This document shows, in pieces, positions 32,143 to 41,060 of a stretch of 64,000 nt of DNA (its first letter is position 1; every line of letters begins with the position of its first letter). The notes below the pieces were generated by a model that was not told where the DNA came from, searched no databases, and saw only the letters and a list, made by a program, of their open reading frames with translations. The DNA is from Halopseudomonas sp. (GTDB lineage Bacteria > Pseudomonadota > Gammaproteobacteria > Pseudomonadales > Pseudomonadaceae), in NCBI RefSeq assembly GCF_047631575.1, contig NZ_JBLIAB010000008.1, positions 9,950 to 73,949 of the forward strand. Reading direction: 5' to 3'. Made by a program: the position numbers and the translations under genes.

Positions 32143-32961
32143 ATGAGTCAAGCCGAAACGATTTTGTCAGACTGTAAACACAGGGTGCGAACGTTGTGGA
32201 TATCCGACTTACACCTGGGAACCCGCGGATGCCAGGCCGAGAAGTTGGCAGAGTTCCTCAAAAGCTACGAATGCGATCACTTGTATCTAGTCGGTGACAT
32301 TATTGATGGTTGGCGACTACGCAGTGGTATTTATTGGCCACAAGCACATACCAATGTGCTGCGCCGGGTGCTAACCATGAGCAAGCGCGGTACGCGCGTG
32401 ACCTATGTCACCGGAAATCATGATGAATTCCTGCGTCGATACTCCAGCCTGATTCTTGGCAATATCCATCTGGTCGATGAGGCTGAGCATCAGACACTGG
32501 ACGGGCGTAAGTTGCTGGTGATTCATGGCGATCAGTTTGATGTGATCACCCGTTGCCATCGTTGGCTGGCGTTCCTGGGTGATCATGCCTATGAGTTCAC
32601 GCTGGTCCTCAATCGCTGGCTAAATTTTTGGCGAAGCCGGCTCGGATTGGGTTACTGGTCTCTATCGGCCTTTCTCAAACATAGGGTTAAGAGTGCTGTT
32701 AGCTTTATCAGCGACTTCGAGCAGGCGCTGGCGCACGAATGCCACCAGCGTGGTTATCAGGGCGTGGTGTGCGGTCACATACACCACGCCGAAATCCGCA
32801 GGGTGAATGATATCGACTATCACAATTGCGGAGACTGGGTTGAGTCCTGCACGGCGTTGATTGAACATCTGGACGGCCGTATAGAACTCTATAGCTGGAC
32901 TCCGGAATCTGAATCGGTGCCTGTGTTGCCAATACAGCTGACCGGAAATGGCGTTAGATAA
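32143..32961 (+). CDS. plcP: LpxH2/PlcP-type metallophosphoesterase (phospholipase C for phosphate-starvation lipid remodelling)
   Basis: SDLHLG, GDIID, GNHD (His rather than the Arg of E. coli LpxH), HGD and CGHIH motifs, plus the upstream Pho box. Confidence 0.75.
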   Translation: MSQAETILSDCKHRVRTLWISDLHLGTRGCQAEKLAEFLKSYECDHLYLVGDIIDGWRLRSGIYWPQAHTNVLRRVLTMSKRGTRVTYVTGNHDEFLRRYSSLILGNIHLVDEAEHQTLDGRKLLVIHGDQFDVITRCHRWLAFLGDHAYEFTLVLNRWLNFWRSRLGLGYWSLSAFLKHRVKSAVSFISDFEQALAHECHQRGYQGVVCGHIHHAEIRRVNDIDYHNCGDWVESCTALIEHLDGRIELYSWTPESESVPVLPIQLTGNGVR

Positions 32962-34333
32962 AGATCTTGTCCTTGAGCCTGCGAGCAGCCTGCTCTAGGG
33001 ACTGGATAATCTGATCTTTGTCGTAGTTGCGTATGCCGTTTGTATCTAGATACATCGAAAACCCGGGTACTTCGTGTTCCACGAATGAAGGCGCTGCTCC
33101 AAGGTCCCGGCGTAGGCCAACAATCTGATAGATCTGTACCGGACGTGAAAAGCCCTTTACAGTAACCTGACCTTTGTCTCGACACATGATCAAGTCTTTA
33201 ACCAGTGAATAGGTTTCGTGGGGAATCAATATCTCGCCCGCTTCGGCTGCGCTCTCCAGGCGACTGGCGAGGTTCACCTCGCGGCCTATAATAGTGTAAT
33301 CCATGCGGGTATTAGCGCCGAAATTACCCACGGTACAGTAACCGGTACTCAGCCCCATACGTATTTCCAAAGGGCGAGTTATACCTTTACTGCGCCATTG
33401 TTGACGCAGCACTTTCATATGCTTGCGCATGGCGATCGCCATTGAAACTGCTGCTTCGGCATCCTGCTTGGCACCCTGACTTACCGGATCGCCAAAGAAA
33501 ATCATCACGCAATCACCAATGAACTTGTCAATGGTGCCTCCGTACTGGAGTGCTATTCGTGACATCTCGTTCAGGTAGTTGTTGAGCAAGTCAGTAAGCG
33601 CCTCAGCCTCCATCTCTTCCGCCAGCTCGGTGAAGCCGCGAATATCCGAGAAGAATACGGTGAGCTTCTTGCGCCGGGTTTCCAGTTTTACGCTCTGTTT
33701 GCCGGTGAAGATGGACTCCCACACCTGTGGCGACAGATATTTGGACAAGTTCGTAGCCAGCCGAGCGGTTTTTTCCTGCTCAGCGCTGATCACTTTTTGT
33801 GCCTGAGCCAGCGTGCGCCCCTGTCGATAAACGGAGGCGGCCATGATCAGGGTGAAAGCGCCACCGCTAAGCAGACTGCTTAACGCCACTAAAGTGGATG
33901 AGTGCAGTAAGATCTGGGGTGTGAGAATGGCACTGGAGGCCATCAGGCCCACCAGTACTAGAAGCCAGCCAATCAACATGAAAATCGGCCCGCCGATGAT
34001 GATGCTTGCAAAACTGATGAGCAAGACGAATACCAGACTGGGTACGACGCTGAACGCGCAGAGTGTGATGAATAGCCCGGTATTAAGACCATCAACTCCC
34101 AAGAGGGCGAGACGGCTGTGAAATGGCCGCAAATTATCTATGGTCTGGCTCAACAGACGCACCAAGTGGGGGTAGAGCAGGGCGTATAGGATAATTGCCG
34201 CATAAATAGCATCGAAGCCCTTTTCTGCTGCAATAGCAGAAAAAGTAATTGCAACACACAGATAGGCAATGACTCTGGACTGGAATCCTTCCAGAGGTGG
34301 TTTGACCGGCTGAACACGGCTTTTGAAGATCAT
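32954..34333 (-). CDS. cyaB: Membrane-bound class III adenylate cyclase (MASE2 plus cyclase)
   Basis: N-terminal TM block; FSDIRGF, KFIGD, RMDYTIIG and VNLASR (ATP-specifying K/D). Confidence 0.9.
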   Translation of the reverse strand: MIFKSRVQPVKPPLEGFQSRVIAYLCVAITFSAIAAEKGFDAIYAAIILYALLYPHLVRLLSQTIDNLRPFHSRLALLGVDGLNTGLFITLCAFSVVPSLVFVLLISFASIIIGGPIFMLIGWLLVLVGLMASSAILTPQILLHSSTLVALSSLLSGGAFTLIMAASVYRQGRTLAQAQKVISAEQEKTARLATNLSKYLSPQVWESIFTGKQSVKLETRRKKLTVFFSDIRGFTELAEEMEAEALTDLLNNYLNEMSRIALQYGGTIDKFIGDCVMIFFGDPVSQGAKQDAEAAVSMAIAMRKHMKVLRQQWRSKGITRPLEIRMGLSTGYCTVGNFGANTRMDYTIIGREVNLASRLESAAEAGEILIPHETYSLVKDLIMCRDKGQVTVKGFSRPVQIYQIVGLRRDLGAAPSFVEHEVPGFSMYLDTNGIRNYDKDQIIQSLEQAARRLKDKIFI

Positions 34334-34541
34334 GGTCAGTCTTCTCTGACACGAAATGTGTCCAGCTGATCAATTTTTATTCTTGGTTTGCCGTCACATT
34401 AAGGGTTTAACGACGGCTTCCAGATCAGTCGGGGCGATTTATCGACAGATCATAGTATGCATCCTCTCTCAGGGAAACCTGAAAGAAGATCTAATGGCGA
34501 AGAGTTGAGTGCACAGCGGGTTTGCAGAACCCGCGAGCGGA

Positions 34542-35135
34542 TCAGGCTGCGTTGGCGTCTTTACCTACTGCTTTGTAGATTGATTGCCGTGGTCGAGCAA
34601 AAACGCGGCGCAGCATGGGCTCGAAGAAGCTCAGGGGTTCTGAAGCATAATCCGGGTCAAAAGCCGTTGCGTCATACTTAGCGCAAAACTCTGCAGTTTG
34701 TTGGTAGAGAGGATGACCCTTGAATTGATCGCGCAGGTGACGATCCATGCCCAGGTGATGAAAGAAATAATAGCCTTGGAATACGCCATGTTTCTCGACC
34801 ATCCACAAATTTTCTTCGGTCACAAAGGGCTTGAGGATGGCAGCAGCAATATCAGGATGATTGAATGATCCTAGGGTGTCGCCAATATCATGTAAAAGCG
34901 CGCACACCACATATTCCTCGTCACGGCCGTCACGATGGGCACGTGTAGCCGTTTGCAAAGAGTGCTGCAAACGGTCGATTGGGAATCCGCCGTAATCCCC
35001 ATCAAGCAGTTGCAGGTGGGTCATGACGCGATCGGGCAGGCCAGTGGAGAAGGCTTTGAAATGACTGGATATGAGGTTCCAGTCCTCTGCAGTACCTTCC
35101 TGCATGGCTTTGAAACCTGCGCGTTGCTCGCTCAT
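34542..35135 (-). CDS. HD-domain metalloprotein with a PhnZ/MIOX-type six-ligand pattern
   Basis: H58 (HSLQTA), H82-D83 (LLHDIG), H93, H116 and D155; AGGAG RBS. Confidence 0.85.
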   Translation of the reverse strand: MSEQRAGFKAMQEGTAEDWNLISSHFKAFSTGLPDRVMTHLQLLDGDYGGFPIDRLQHSLQTATRAHRDGRDEEYVVCALLHDIGDTLGSFNHPDIAAAILKPFVTEENLWMVEKHGVFQGYYFFHHLGMDRHLRDQFKGHPLYQQTAEFCAKYDATAFDPDYASEPLSFFEPMLRRVFARPRQSIYKAVGKDANAA

Positions 35136-35223
35136 GGGATCTCTCCTGTTTTTGTGCTGTCCAACAGTATAGGGCGACGTTACTGCTACAGACTGTCGCG
35201 CTCGTTACAGTCGCATCTGTCTA

Positions 35224-35559
35224 TCAAAAACGGATACGACCGGTAAGAGCATCTCTAAGCATTACCCAATCACCCATGAAGCTGAAAAGTGGATATTTGA
35301 ACGTAGCTGGACGGTTTTTTTCAAAAAAGAAGTGACCTGCCCATGCGAAACCGTAACCGGCTATAGGCAGTGCCACAAGCAACATCCAATTCTGGGTGAA
35401 CACTGTCCAGGCCAGGACGACCAGTACCAGCAGGCTGCCGATGTAGTGCAGGCGGCGACTGGTGTCGTTGACGTGTTCGCTCAGGTAAAACGGATAAAAT
35501 TCAGCGAAGGACTGAAACGCTTTGTCGCTTGCGGGCTTGGCTGTTTCTGCATGGGCCAT
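35224..35559 (-). CDS. DUF962 / Mpo1-like membrane protein
   Basis: FYPFYLSEH, RRLHYIG and WAGHFFFEKNRPATF conserved His motifs; GAGG RBS. Confidence 0.85.
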   Translation of the reverse strand: MAHAETAKPASDKAFQSFAEFYPFYLSEHVNDTSRRLHYIGSLLVLVVLAWTVFTQNWMLLVALPIAGYGFAWAGHFFFEKNRPATFKYPLFSFMGDWVMLRDALTGRIRF

Positions 35560-35733
35560 GCTGCACCTCTTATGAATAGGGTATTATTTGACTATAAAAC
35601 GTCCTATGGAGATTGACCTATGACCGCGCGTGCCAAAGCTTTGCTTTTCGTTTCCCCTAGCGTCGCTTGATGACTAGCGCCGGTTATCTGCTTGCCTTTC
35701 CCTTTGGGTGCGATTGCATCTTGCGAGGTCCGC

Positions 35734-36786
35734 ATGGCCTATCCTGAACGCACCACTTCCTCCAGTTGGGCGCTGGCCATTGTTCAGGCGTTGGAGCTTG
35801 AGGGGCTTGATTGCTCTGCACTGTTCGCTCAGATTGGCTTGGATTACGCAATACTCGGCAATCCCGATGCAAGGATCGCTCAGGATCAAATGACGCGTCT
35901 CTGGTCGCTGGCAGTGCAGGTGTCGGGTAACCCGGCGATAGGTCTCAACATGGCGCGGGTGGTCCGGCCAGCGCATTTCAATGTCGTCGGCTTTGCATTG
36001 CTTTCCAGCACCAATTTGCGCGAGGGATTGTCGCGTCTGGTTCGCTACCAGCGCATTATCGGCGAAGCCTCCGATATGTCGCTGAAGCAGAGCCCTGGCA
36101 GTTACACCCTTGAACTGCATATCCATGGGGATACGGTCCCGGCTCCCCGGCAAAGCCATGATGCCGCCCTTGCCTATCTGCTAGCCTTTCTTCGCTGGAT
36201 GACCGGTTCGCCTATTGCGCCTTTGCGGGTGGGCCTTGCATATGATCAGCCCGTGGATACTGCCGCTTACGTTGCTTTGTTCCAGTGTCCGCTGGTATTT
36301 GGGACCACCCATTACAGTATGGAGTTCAGCCGCAGTGTGATGGAGTCCAGACTGGCGACAGGCAACGTGACCTTGGCGCAAATGCATGACCAGTTCGCCG
36401 GCGATTACCTCGCTCGGTTTGAACAAACGCGGGTGACCCATCAGGCGCGTCAGGTGCTGTGCCGGTTATTGCCCCAGGGTGAGCCGAAAAGGCAGGCGGT
36501 AGCGAGTGCGCTGAGTATGAGCACGCGAACACTGCAGCGTCGTTTGCAAGAGGAACAAACCAGCTTTCAACATTTGCTGGATGAAACGCGGCAAGAACTG
36601 GCGATGCAGCTTCTTCGCCAGCGGCGATTGACGTTGCTTGAGGTCGCCTATCTGCTGGGCTTTGCCGATCCAAGTAACTTCTTTCGCGCTTTCAAGCGCT
36701 GGTTCGGTATGCCGCCCGGGCTGTACCGTGAACAACACCTGGACCGCAAAACGCCTGGATTGTATAACTCGGAGGATTCTGCTTGA
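35734..36786 (+). CDS. AraC family regulator (OruR-like, arabinose-binding-2 N-terminal domain)
   Basis: C-terminal MSTRTLQRRL..IAYLLGFADPSNFFRAFKRWFG-like double HTH; divergent from the DUF962-HD pair. Confidence 0.92.
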   Translation: MAYPERTTSSSWALAIVQALELEGLDCSALFAQIGLDYAILGNPDARIAQDQMTRLWSLAVQVSGNPAIGLNMARVVRPAHFNVVGFALLSSTNLREGLSRLVRYQRIIGEASDMSLKQSPGSYTLELHIHGDTVPAPRQSHDAALAYLLAFLRWMTGSPIAPLRVGLAYDQPVDTAAYVALFQCPLVFGTTHYSMEFSRSVMESRLATGNVTLAQMHDQFAGDYLARFEQTRVTHQARQVLCRLLPQGEPKRQAVASALSMSTRTLQRRLQEEQTSFQHLLDETRQELAMQLLRQRRLTLLEVAYLLGFADPSNFFRAFKRWFGMPPGLYREQHLDRKTPGLYNSEDSA

Positions 36787-37352
36787 TGGACGCGTTAACG
36801 GCATTGCATGAGCGTGTTTCGATCACCCGCCTGGTGGGGCCCGCACCCACCGGTGAACAGCGGGAAGCTCTTTTTCGCGCGGCATTGCGCGCGCCGGATC
36901 ACGCCTGGTTAAGACCTTGGCGATTTCTGGTTCTCGAGGATGACGGACGCCAGCAGCTGGGTGAGCTGTTTGTGCAGGCCGCGCTGGAGGATGGATCAGT
37001 TATGGACGGGGGGGCCTTAGATCGCTTGCGCGGAAAGCCTGATCGGGCACCACTCATTATCGTGGCGATCTGTACCCACCGTGACCATCCCAAAGTACCC
37101 CTGCATGAACAGGATATGTCCTGCGCGGTGGCGGTCGGAAATATGTTAATTGCTGCCCATGCCGTAGGTCTAGGCGCGGTCTGGCGCACAGGGCCCATGG
37201 CTGCGCACCCGGTTGTTTGCCGAGGGCTGGGTCTTGCGGAAAATGAGCAAATAGCAGCGTTTTTGTATCTGGGTCAGCCACTAGGGCCAGGTAAAATCCC
37301 GCCCGAACTGCCGATAGCAGACTATTTTCAGGCCTGGCCGGTAACGGACTGA
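36786..37352 (+). CDS. Nitroreductase family protein (YdjA-like)
   Basis: RAALRAPDHAWLRPWRF, AVWRTG and FLYLG motifs; TGATG overlap with the AraC stop. Confidence 0.88.
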   Translation: MDALTALHERVSITRLVGPAPTGEQREALFRAALRAPDHAWLRPWRFLVLEDDGRQQLGELFVQAALEDGSVMDGGALDRLRGKPDRAPLIIVAICTHRDHPKVPLHEQDMSCAVAVGNMLIAAHAVGLGAVWRTGPMAAHPVVCRGLGLAENEQIAAFLYLGQPLGPGKIPPELPIADYFQAWPVTD

Positions 37353-37383
37353 CTACTGGCAGTGAAGCGGACCCGATTGTCAG

Positions 37384-37785
37384 TCAATTAATCCACTCAT
37401 TACGCTTGCGTTTGTTACCCCGTGCCAGCGCAAAACCGAGCAGCAGGCTGATCAGGACGGTGCCGGCACCGATCATGAACCACTGCTGGCGTTGTTTCTC
37501 GAGCAATGACTGGGCTTGAACATCGTCTTCGATCTGTCGGTTCTGCAAGGCACGGTTGGCCTCACGCAGCTTTTGTAGCTCAGTATTATCAGCACTGTTA
37601 GCCAGACGTTGGGCGAGACCTTGACGCTCTGCCTCAACACGGGCCAGCTCGGCTTGCAGCGTGCCTAGATCGGTCTCTGTCGTCGCGTTATCGTCTAAGG
37701 CTGATGCAATAGGCTCCTGCGCCACTGCATAAACGGGTAGCATCAGAAAGGCGGCTAGGGCCAGGGTATGTAGGGTCTGGATCAT
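37384..37785 (-). CDS. Exported coiled-coil protein with a C-terminal TM anchor (resembles the TIGR04211/YgiM tail, without the SH3 domain)
   Basis: Signal peptide, heptad-rich middle, QWFMIGAG TM segment and basic tail RKRNEW. Confidence 0.7.
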   Translation of the reverse strand: MIQTLHTLALAAFLMLPVYAVAQEPIASALDDNATTETDLGTLQAELARVEAERQGLAQRLANSADNTELQKLREANRALQNRQIEDDVQAQSLLEKQRQQWFMIGAGTVLISLLLGFALARGNKRKRNEWIN

Positions 37786-37798
37786 GACGGCTCGTGCC

Positions 37799-38101
37799 TC
37801 AGGCGGGGAAAACGGGTTTAAAGGGTTTTATCGTCACATCGGCGTATACGCCGGCATCGACGTAAGGGTCTTTCTCAGCCCACGCCTGAGCGTCGGCAGC
37901 GGATGGGAATTCCGCGATGATCAGGCTGCCTGTGAAGCCTGCTGGACCTGGGTCGACCGTTTCGATCGCAGGATGTGGGCCGGCTACCAGCAGGCGTCCG
38001 GCGTCCTGCAGCGCCTGCAGGCGAGCGAGATGGTCGGGCCGCGCGGCCAGGCGTTTGGGCAATGAATCTGCAATATCAGTGGCCATGATGGCAAAGAACA
38101 T
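37799..38101 (-). CDS. yciI: YciI family protein
   Basis: [26 protein letters not shown] and DPY motifs. Confidence 0.92.
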   Translation of the reverse strand: MFFAIMATDIADSLPKRLAARPDHLARLQALQDAGRLLVAGPHPAIETVDPGPAGFTGSLIIAEFPSAADAQAWAEKDPYVDAGVYADVTIKPFKPVFPA

Positions 38102-38239
38102 GTTGAATCCTTGATCCGTTTGGGTTGAGGGCATGAACTGTAACTTATGCCATTGGGTTAGGTATTGTCAGCGTCTGGCCTGCATAATAATGAAATTGCG
38201 TTGCATCTGTCCTTTTCATCTCCAGCTCGGGTGGCTTTC

Positions 38240-39094
38240 TTGATAGTCGATCTTCACATGCACAGCACTGCCTCGGATGGCTTGCTTGATCCGTTGGAAC
38301 TGATGCGCGAAGCGGCGGCGGCGAACGTCTCGATGATCGCACTGACAGACCATGATTGTCTCGATGGCTTACCCGCAGCCGAGCGCGCAGCGCGCGAGCT
38401 GGGCATGCATTGGATTAGTGGGGTGGAGCTATCGGCCCAATGGCAAGGTCATACGCTGCATGTGCTTGGCTATGGTTTTGATCCGCAATCACCTGCCCTT
38501 ATGGAGTCGATCGAGGCAGTGCGCAATGGCCGCTGGCTGCGCGCCGAACAGATCGCCAAAAAGCTCGAAGGCAAACGCATGCCGGGAGCGCTCGAAGGCG
38601 CTATGGCAGTGCAGGTCGGTGCCGGTGGCGATCCGCACAGTCCTCCAGCGCGGCCACATTTTGCTGACTGGATGGTGAATGCTGGCTTTGTGCGCGACCG
38701 CGCCGAGGCGTTTCGTAAATGGCTGGGTGCAGGCAAGCTCGGCGATATCAAACAGCACTGGCCGACACTCCCCGAGGCGGTAGAGCAGATCCGCTCGGCC
38801 GGTGGCATGGCAGTGATGGCCCATCCCTGGCATTACGGCTTCACCCGGTCAAGGCTGCGTCGGGCTCTGACCGATTTTGCCGAGGGTGGTGGACGCGGAA
38901 TCGAGGTTGTCAACGGGCAACAAGCGGTGGAGCAGGTGGCGTATCTGGGCAAGTTATCCGAAGAGTTTGGCTTTCTCGCCAGTTGCGGCAGTGATTTCCA
39001 TCATCCAGATTCACCATGGACGGCGCTGGGCAAGATGACTGCGTTGCCTCCACAGTGCACTCCAGTATGGGACGATCCGCTGTTTTCTCGCTAA
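38240..39094 (+). CDS. PHP-domain 3',5'-bisphosphate nucleotidase / 5'-3' exonuclease (YciV/TrpH)
   Basis: DLHMHSTASDG, ALTDHD, GVELS, RPHFA, AHP and GSDFH motifs. The start is uncertain (TTG 38240 or GTG 38231). Confidence 0.88.
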   Translation: MIVDLHMHSTASDGLLDPLELMREAAAANVSMIALTDHDCLDGLPAAERAARELGMHWISGVELSAQWQGHTLHVLGYGFDPQSPALMESIEAVRNGRWLRAEQIAKKLEGKRMPGALEGAMAVQVGAGGDPHSPPARPHFADWMVNAGFVRDRAEAFRKWLGAGKLGDIKQHWPTLPEAVEQIRSAGGMAVMAHPWHYGFTRSRLRRALTDFAEGGGRGIEVVNGQQAVEQVAYLGKLSEEFGFLASCGSDFHHPDSPWTALGKMTALPPQCTPVWDDPLFSR

Positions 39095-39125
39095 ACTGTG
39101 AGAAACCACGAAGAGGGATCAGCGC

Positions 39126-39764
39126 GTGAGTCAGTATTTTCATATCCATCCAGAGAATCCCCAGGTGCGTCTGATTCGCCAGGCTGCCGAGATTATCCGT
39201 AACGGTGGGGTTGTTGCCTATCCAACGGATTCGGCTTACGCATTGGGTTGCCATCTGGGTGACAAGGATGCGCTAGAACGGATTCGGCGACTGCGTCAGC
39301 TCGACGACAAGCACAATTTCACCCTTATCTGCCGGGACCTTTCAGAGCTGGGCATCTACGCTAAGGTGGATAATCCAACTTTTCGTCTGCTCAAGGCTCA
39401 TACCCCCGGTCCCTACACCTTTATTCTGCATGCGACCAATGAGGTCCCGCGGCGTTTATTGCACCCAAAACGGCGTACTATTGGTCTGCGCATACCTGAT
39501 CACGAGATCACCCGCGCGTTGCTGGAGGCACTGGGTGAGCCGATGATGAGTGTAACTTTGATGCTGCCCGGTGATGATCTGCCGTTGACCGATCCCGACA
39601 TGATTCGCGATCGTCTGGGCAAACAACTGGATCTTATTATCGATGGTGGCGCCTGTAATATCGAGCCAACAACCGTGGTCAGTCTGCTTGACGGTGAGCC
39701 GGAAGTGCAGCGTGTTGGTCTGGGTGATCCTGCCCCTTTTGGCGGTGCTCCGGATCATTCATGA
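39126..39764 (+). CDS. yciO: Sua5/YciO/YrdC family protein
   Basis: HPENPQ.RLI, YPTDSAYALGC, PGPYTFIL and TIGLRIP motifs. Confidence 0.9.
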   Translation: MSQYFHIHPENPQVRLIRQAAEIIRNGGVVAYPTDSAYALGCHLGDKDALERIRRLRQLDDKHNFTLICRDLSELGIYAKVDNPTFRLLKAHTPGPYTFILHATNEVPRRLLHPKRRTIGLRIPDHEITRALLEALGEPMMSVTLMLPGDDLPLTDPDMIRDRLGKQLDLIIDGGACNIEPTTVVSLLDGEPEVQRVGLGDPAPFGGAPDHS

Positions 39765-39839
39765 TTCTGCCGCTGATATGCGTATAATCGCGCAACGTAA
39801 GTTACTTCCCATCCATATTGAGCATGACAGGAGTCTTCA

Positions 39840-41057
39840 TTGAGTTCCGTTGAGTCAGAACGTCGGGTTTTATCGGGTATGCGTCCTACTGGTCGCCTGC
39901 ACTTGGGCCATTATCACGGCGTATTGAAAAACTGGGTCAAGCTGCAGCACGAGTATGAGTGCTTTTTCTTCGCTGCCGACTGGCATGCGCTGACCACCCA
40001 TTACGAGACTCCGGAAAACATCCAGCAGAGCGTCTGGGATATGTTGATCGACTGGCTTGCTGCTGGGGTAAGTGGAGGCTCTTCGACGATGTTTATTCAG
40101 TCGCAGGTGCCCGAACATGCGGAGTTGCATCTACTCTTGTCGATGATGACACCTGTCAGCTGGCTCGAGCGTGTGCCGACTTATAAGGATCAGCAGGAAA
40201 AGCTCAAGGATCTGGATCTGGCTACCTATGGTTTTCTGGGTTACCCCTTGCTGCAGAGTGCCGATATTCTGATGTACCGCGCTGGCTTGGTGCCGGTGGG
40301 TGCCGATCAGGTTGCCCATGTGGAAATTACCCGTGAGGTCGCACGCCGCTTCAATCACCTCTATGGCAAGGAGCAGGGCTTTGAGGAGAAGGCCGAGTCT
40401 GCGGTGCACAAGATGGGCAAGAAGACCGCCAAACTGTATAGCAAGTTGCGCAAGGCTTACCAGGAACAGGGTGACGCCGAAGCCTTGGACACTGCCCGTG
40501 CGCTGCTCAAGGAACAACAGAACATTACCCTTAGCGACAAGGAGCGACTGTTTGGTTATCTGGAAGGCGGCGGCAAAGTTATTTTGCCTGAACCCCATGC
40601 ACTGCTGACGCCGGACTCCAAGATGCCCGGGCTCGATGGACAGAAGATGTCCAAGTCCTATGGCAATACCATCACGCTGCGCGACACCAGTGATGAAGTT
40701 GATACTAAGGTTCGGCGCATGCCTACCGATCCGGCTCGAGTGCGCCGCACCGACCCGGGCGAGCCCACTAAGTGTCCAGTGTTCCAGTTGCACCAGGTGT
40801 ATACCGACAATGCGACTCATGAATGGGTCAAAGAAGGATGTCGCAGTGCCGGTATTGGTTGTCTGGATTGTAAAAAACCTGTGATCGACGCGATCGTCGC
40901 CGAGCTGGGACCCATTCAGGAGCGTGCAAGCGACTTCGAGTCCAATCCCGATGCCGTGAGGATGATCCTCAGCGAGGGTACCGAGCGGGCGCGCGAGGCG
41001 GCCCGTGACACCTTGGCCGAAGTGCGTCAGGCCATGGGCCTGCAGTACCGCGAGTAA
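39840..41057 (+). CDS. trpS: Tryptophan--tRNA ligase (long form)
   Basis: SGMRPTGRLHLGH (HIGH), YPLLQSADI, VPVGADQ and KMSKS; about 70-aa insert before KMSKS. Confidence 0.95.
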   Translation: MSSVESERRVLSGMRPTGRLHLGHYHGVLKNWVKLQHEYECFFFAADWHALTTHYETPENIQQSVWDMLIDWLAAGVSGGSSTMFIQSQVPEHAELHLLLSMMTPVSWLERVPTYKDQQEKLKDLDLATYGFLGYPLLQSADILMYRAGLVPVGADQVAHVEITREVARRFNHLYGKEQGFEEKAESAVHKMGKKTAKLYSKLRKAYQEQGDAEALDTARALLKEQQNITLSDKERLFGYLEGGGKVILPEPHALLTPDSKMPGLDGQKMSKSYGNTITLRDTSDEVDTKVRRMPTDPARVRRTDPGEPTKCPVFQLHQVYTDNATHEWVKEGCRSAGIGCLDCKKPVIDAIVAELGPIQERASDFESNPDAVRMILSEGTERAREAARDTLAEVRQAMGLQYRE

Positions 41058-41060
41058 ATC

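Noticed and set aside
34458-34490. Hairpin with GAAA loop between cyaB and the HD gene as a riboswitch
   Set aside because: Single short stem; no second helix or conserved aptamer motif recognised.
35621-35636. TTGGCACGCGCGGTCA (minus strand) as a sigma54 promoter
   Set aside because: The -24 half matches, but the -12 position reads TC rather than GC.
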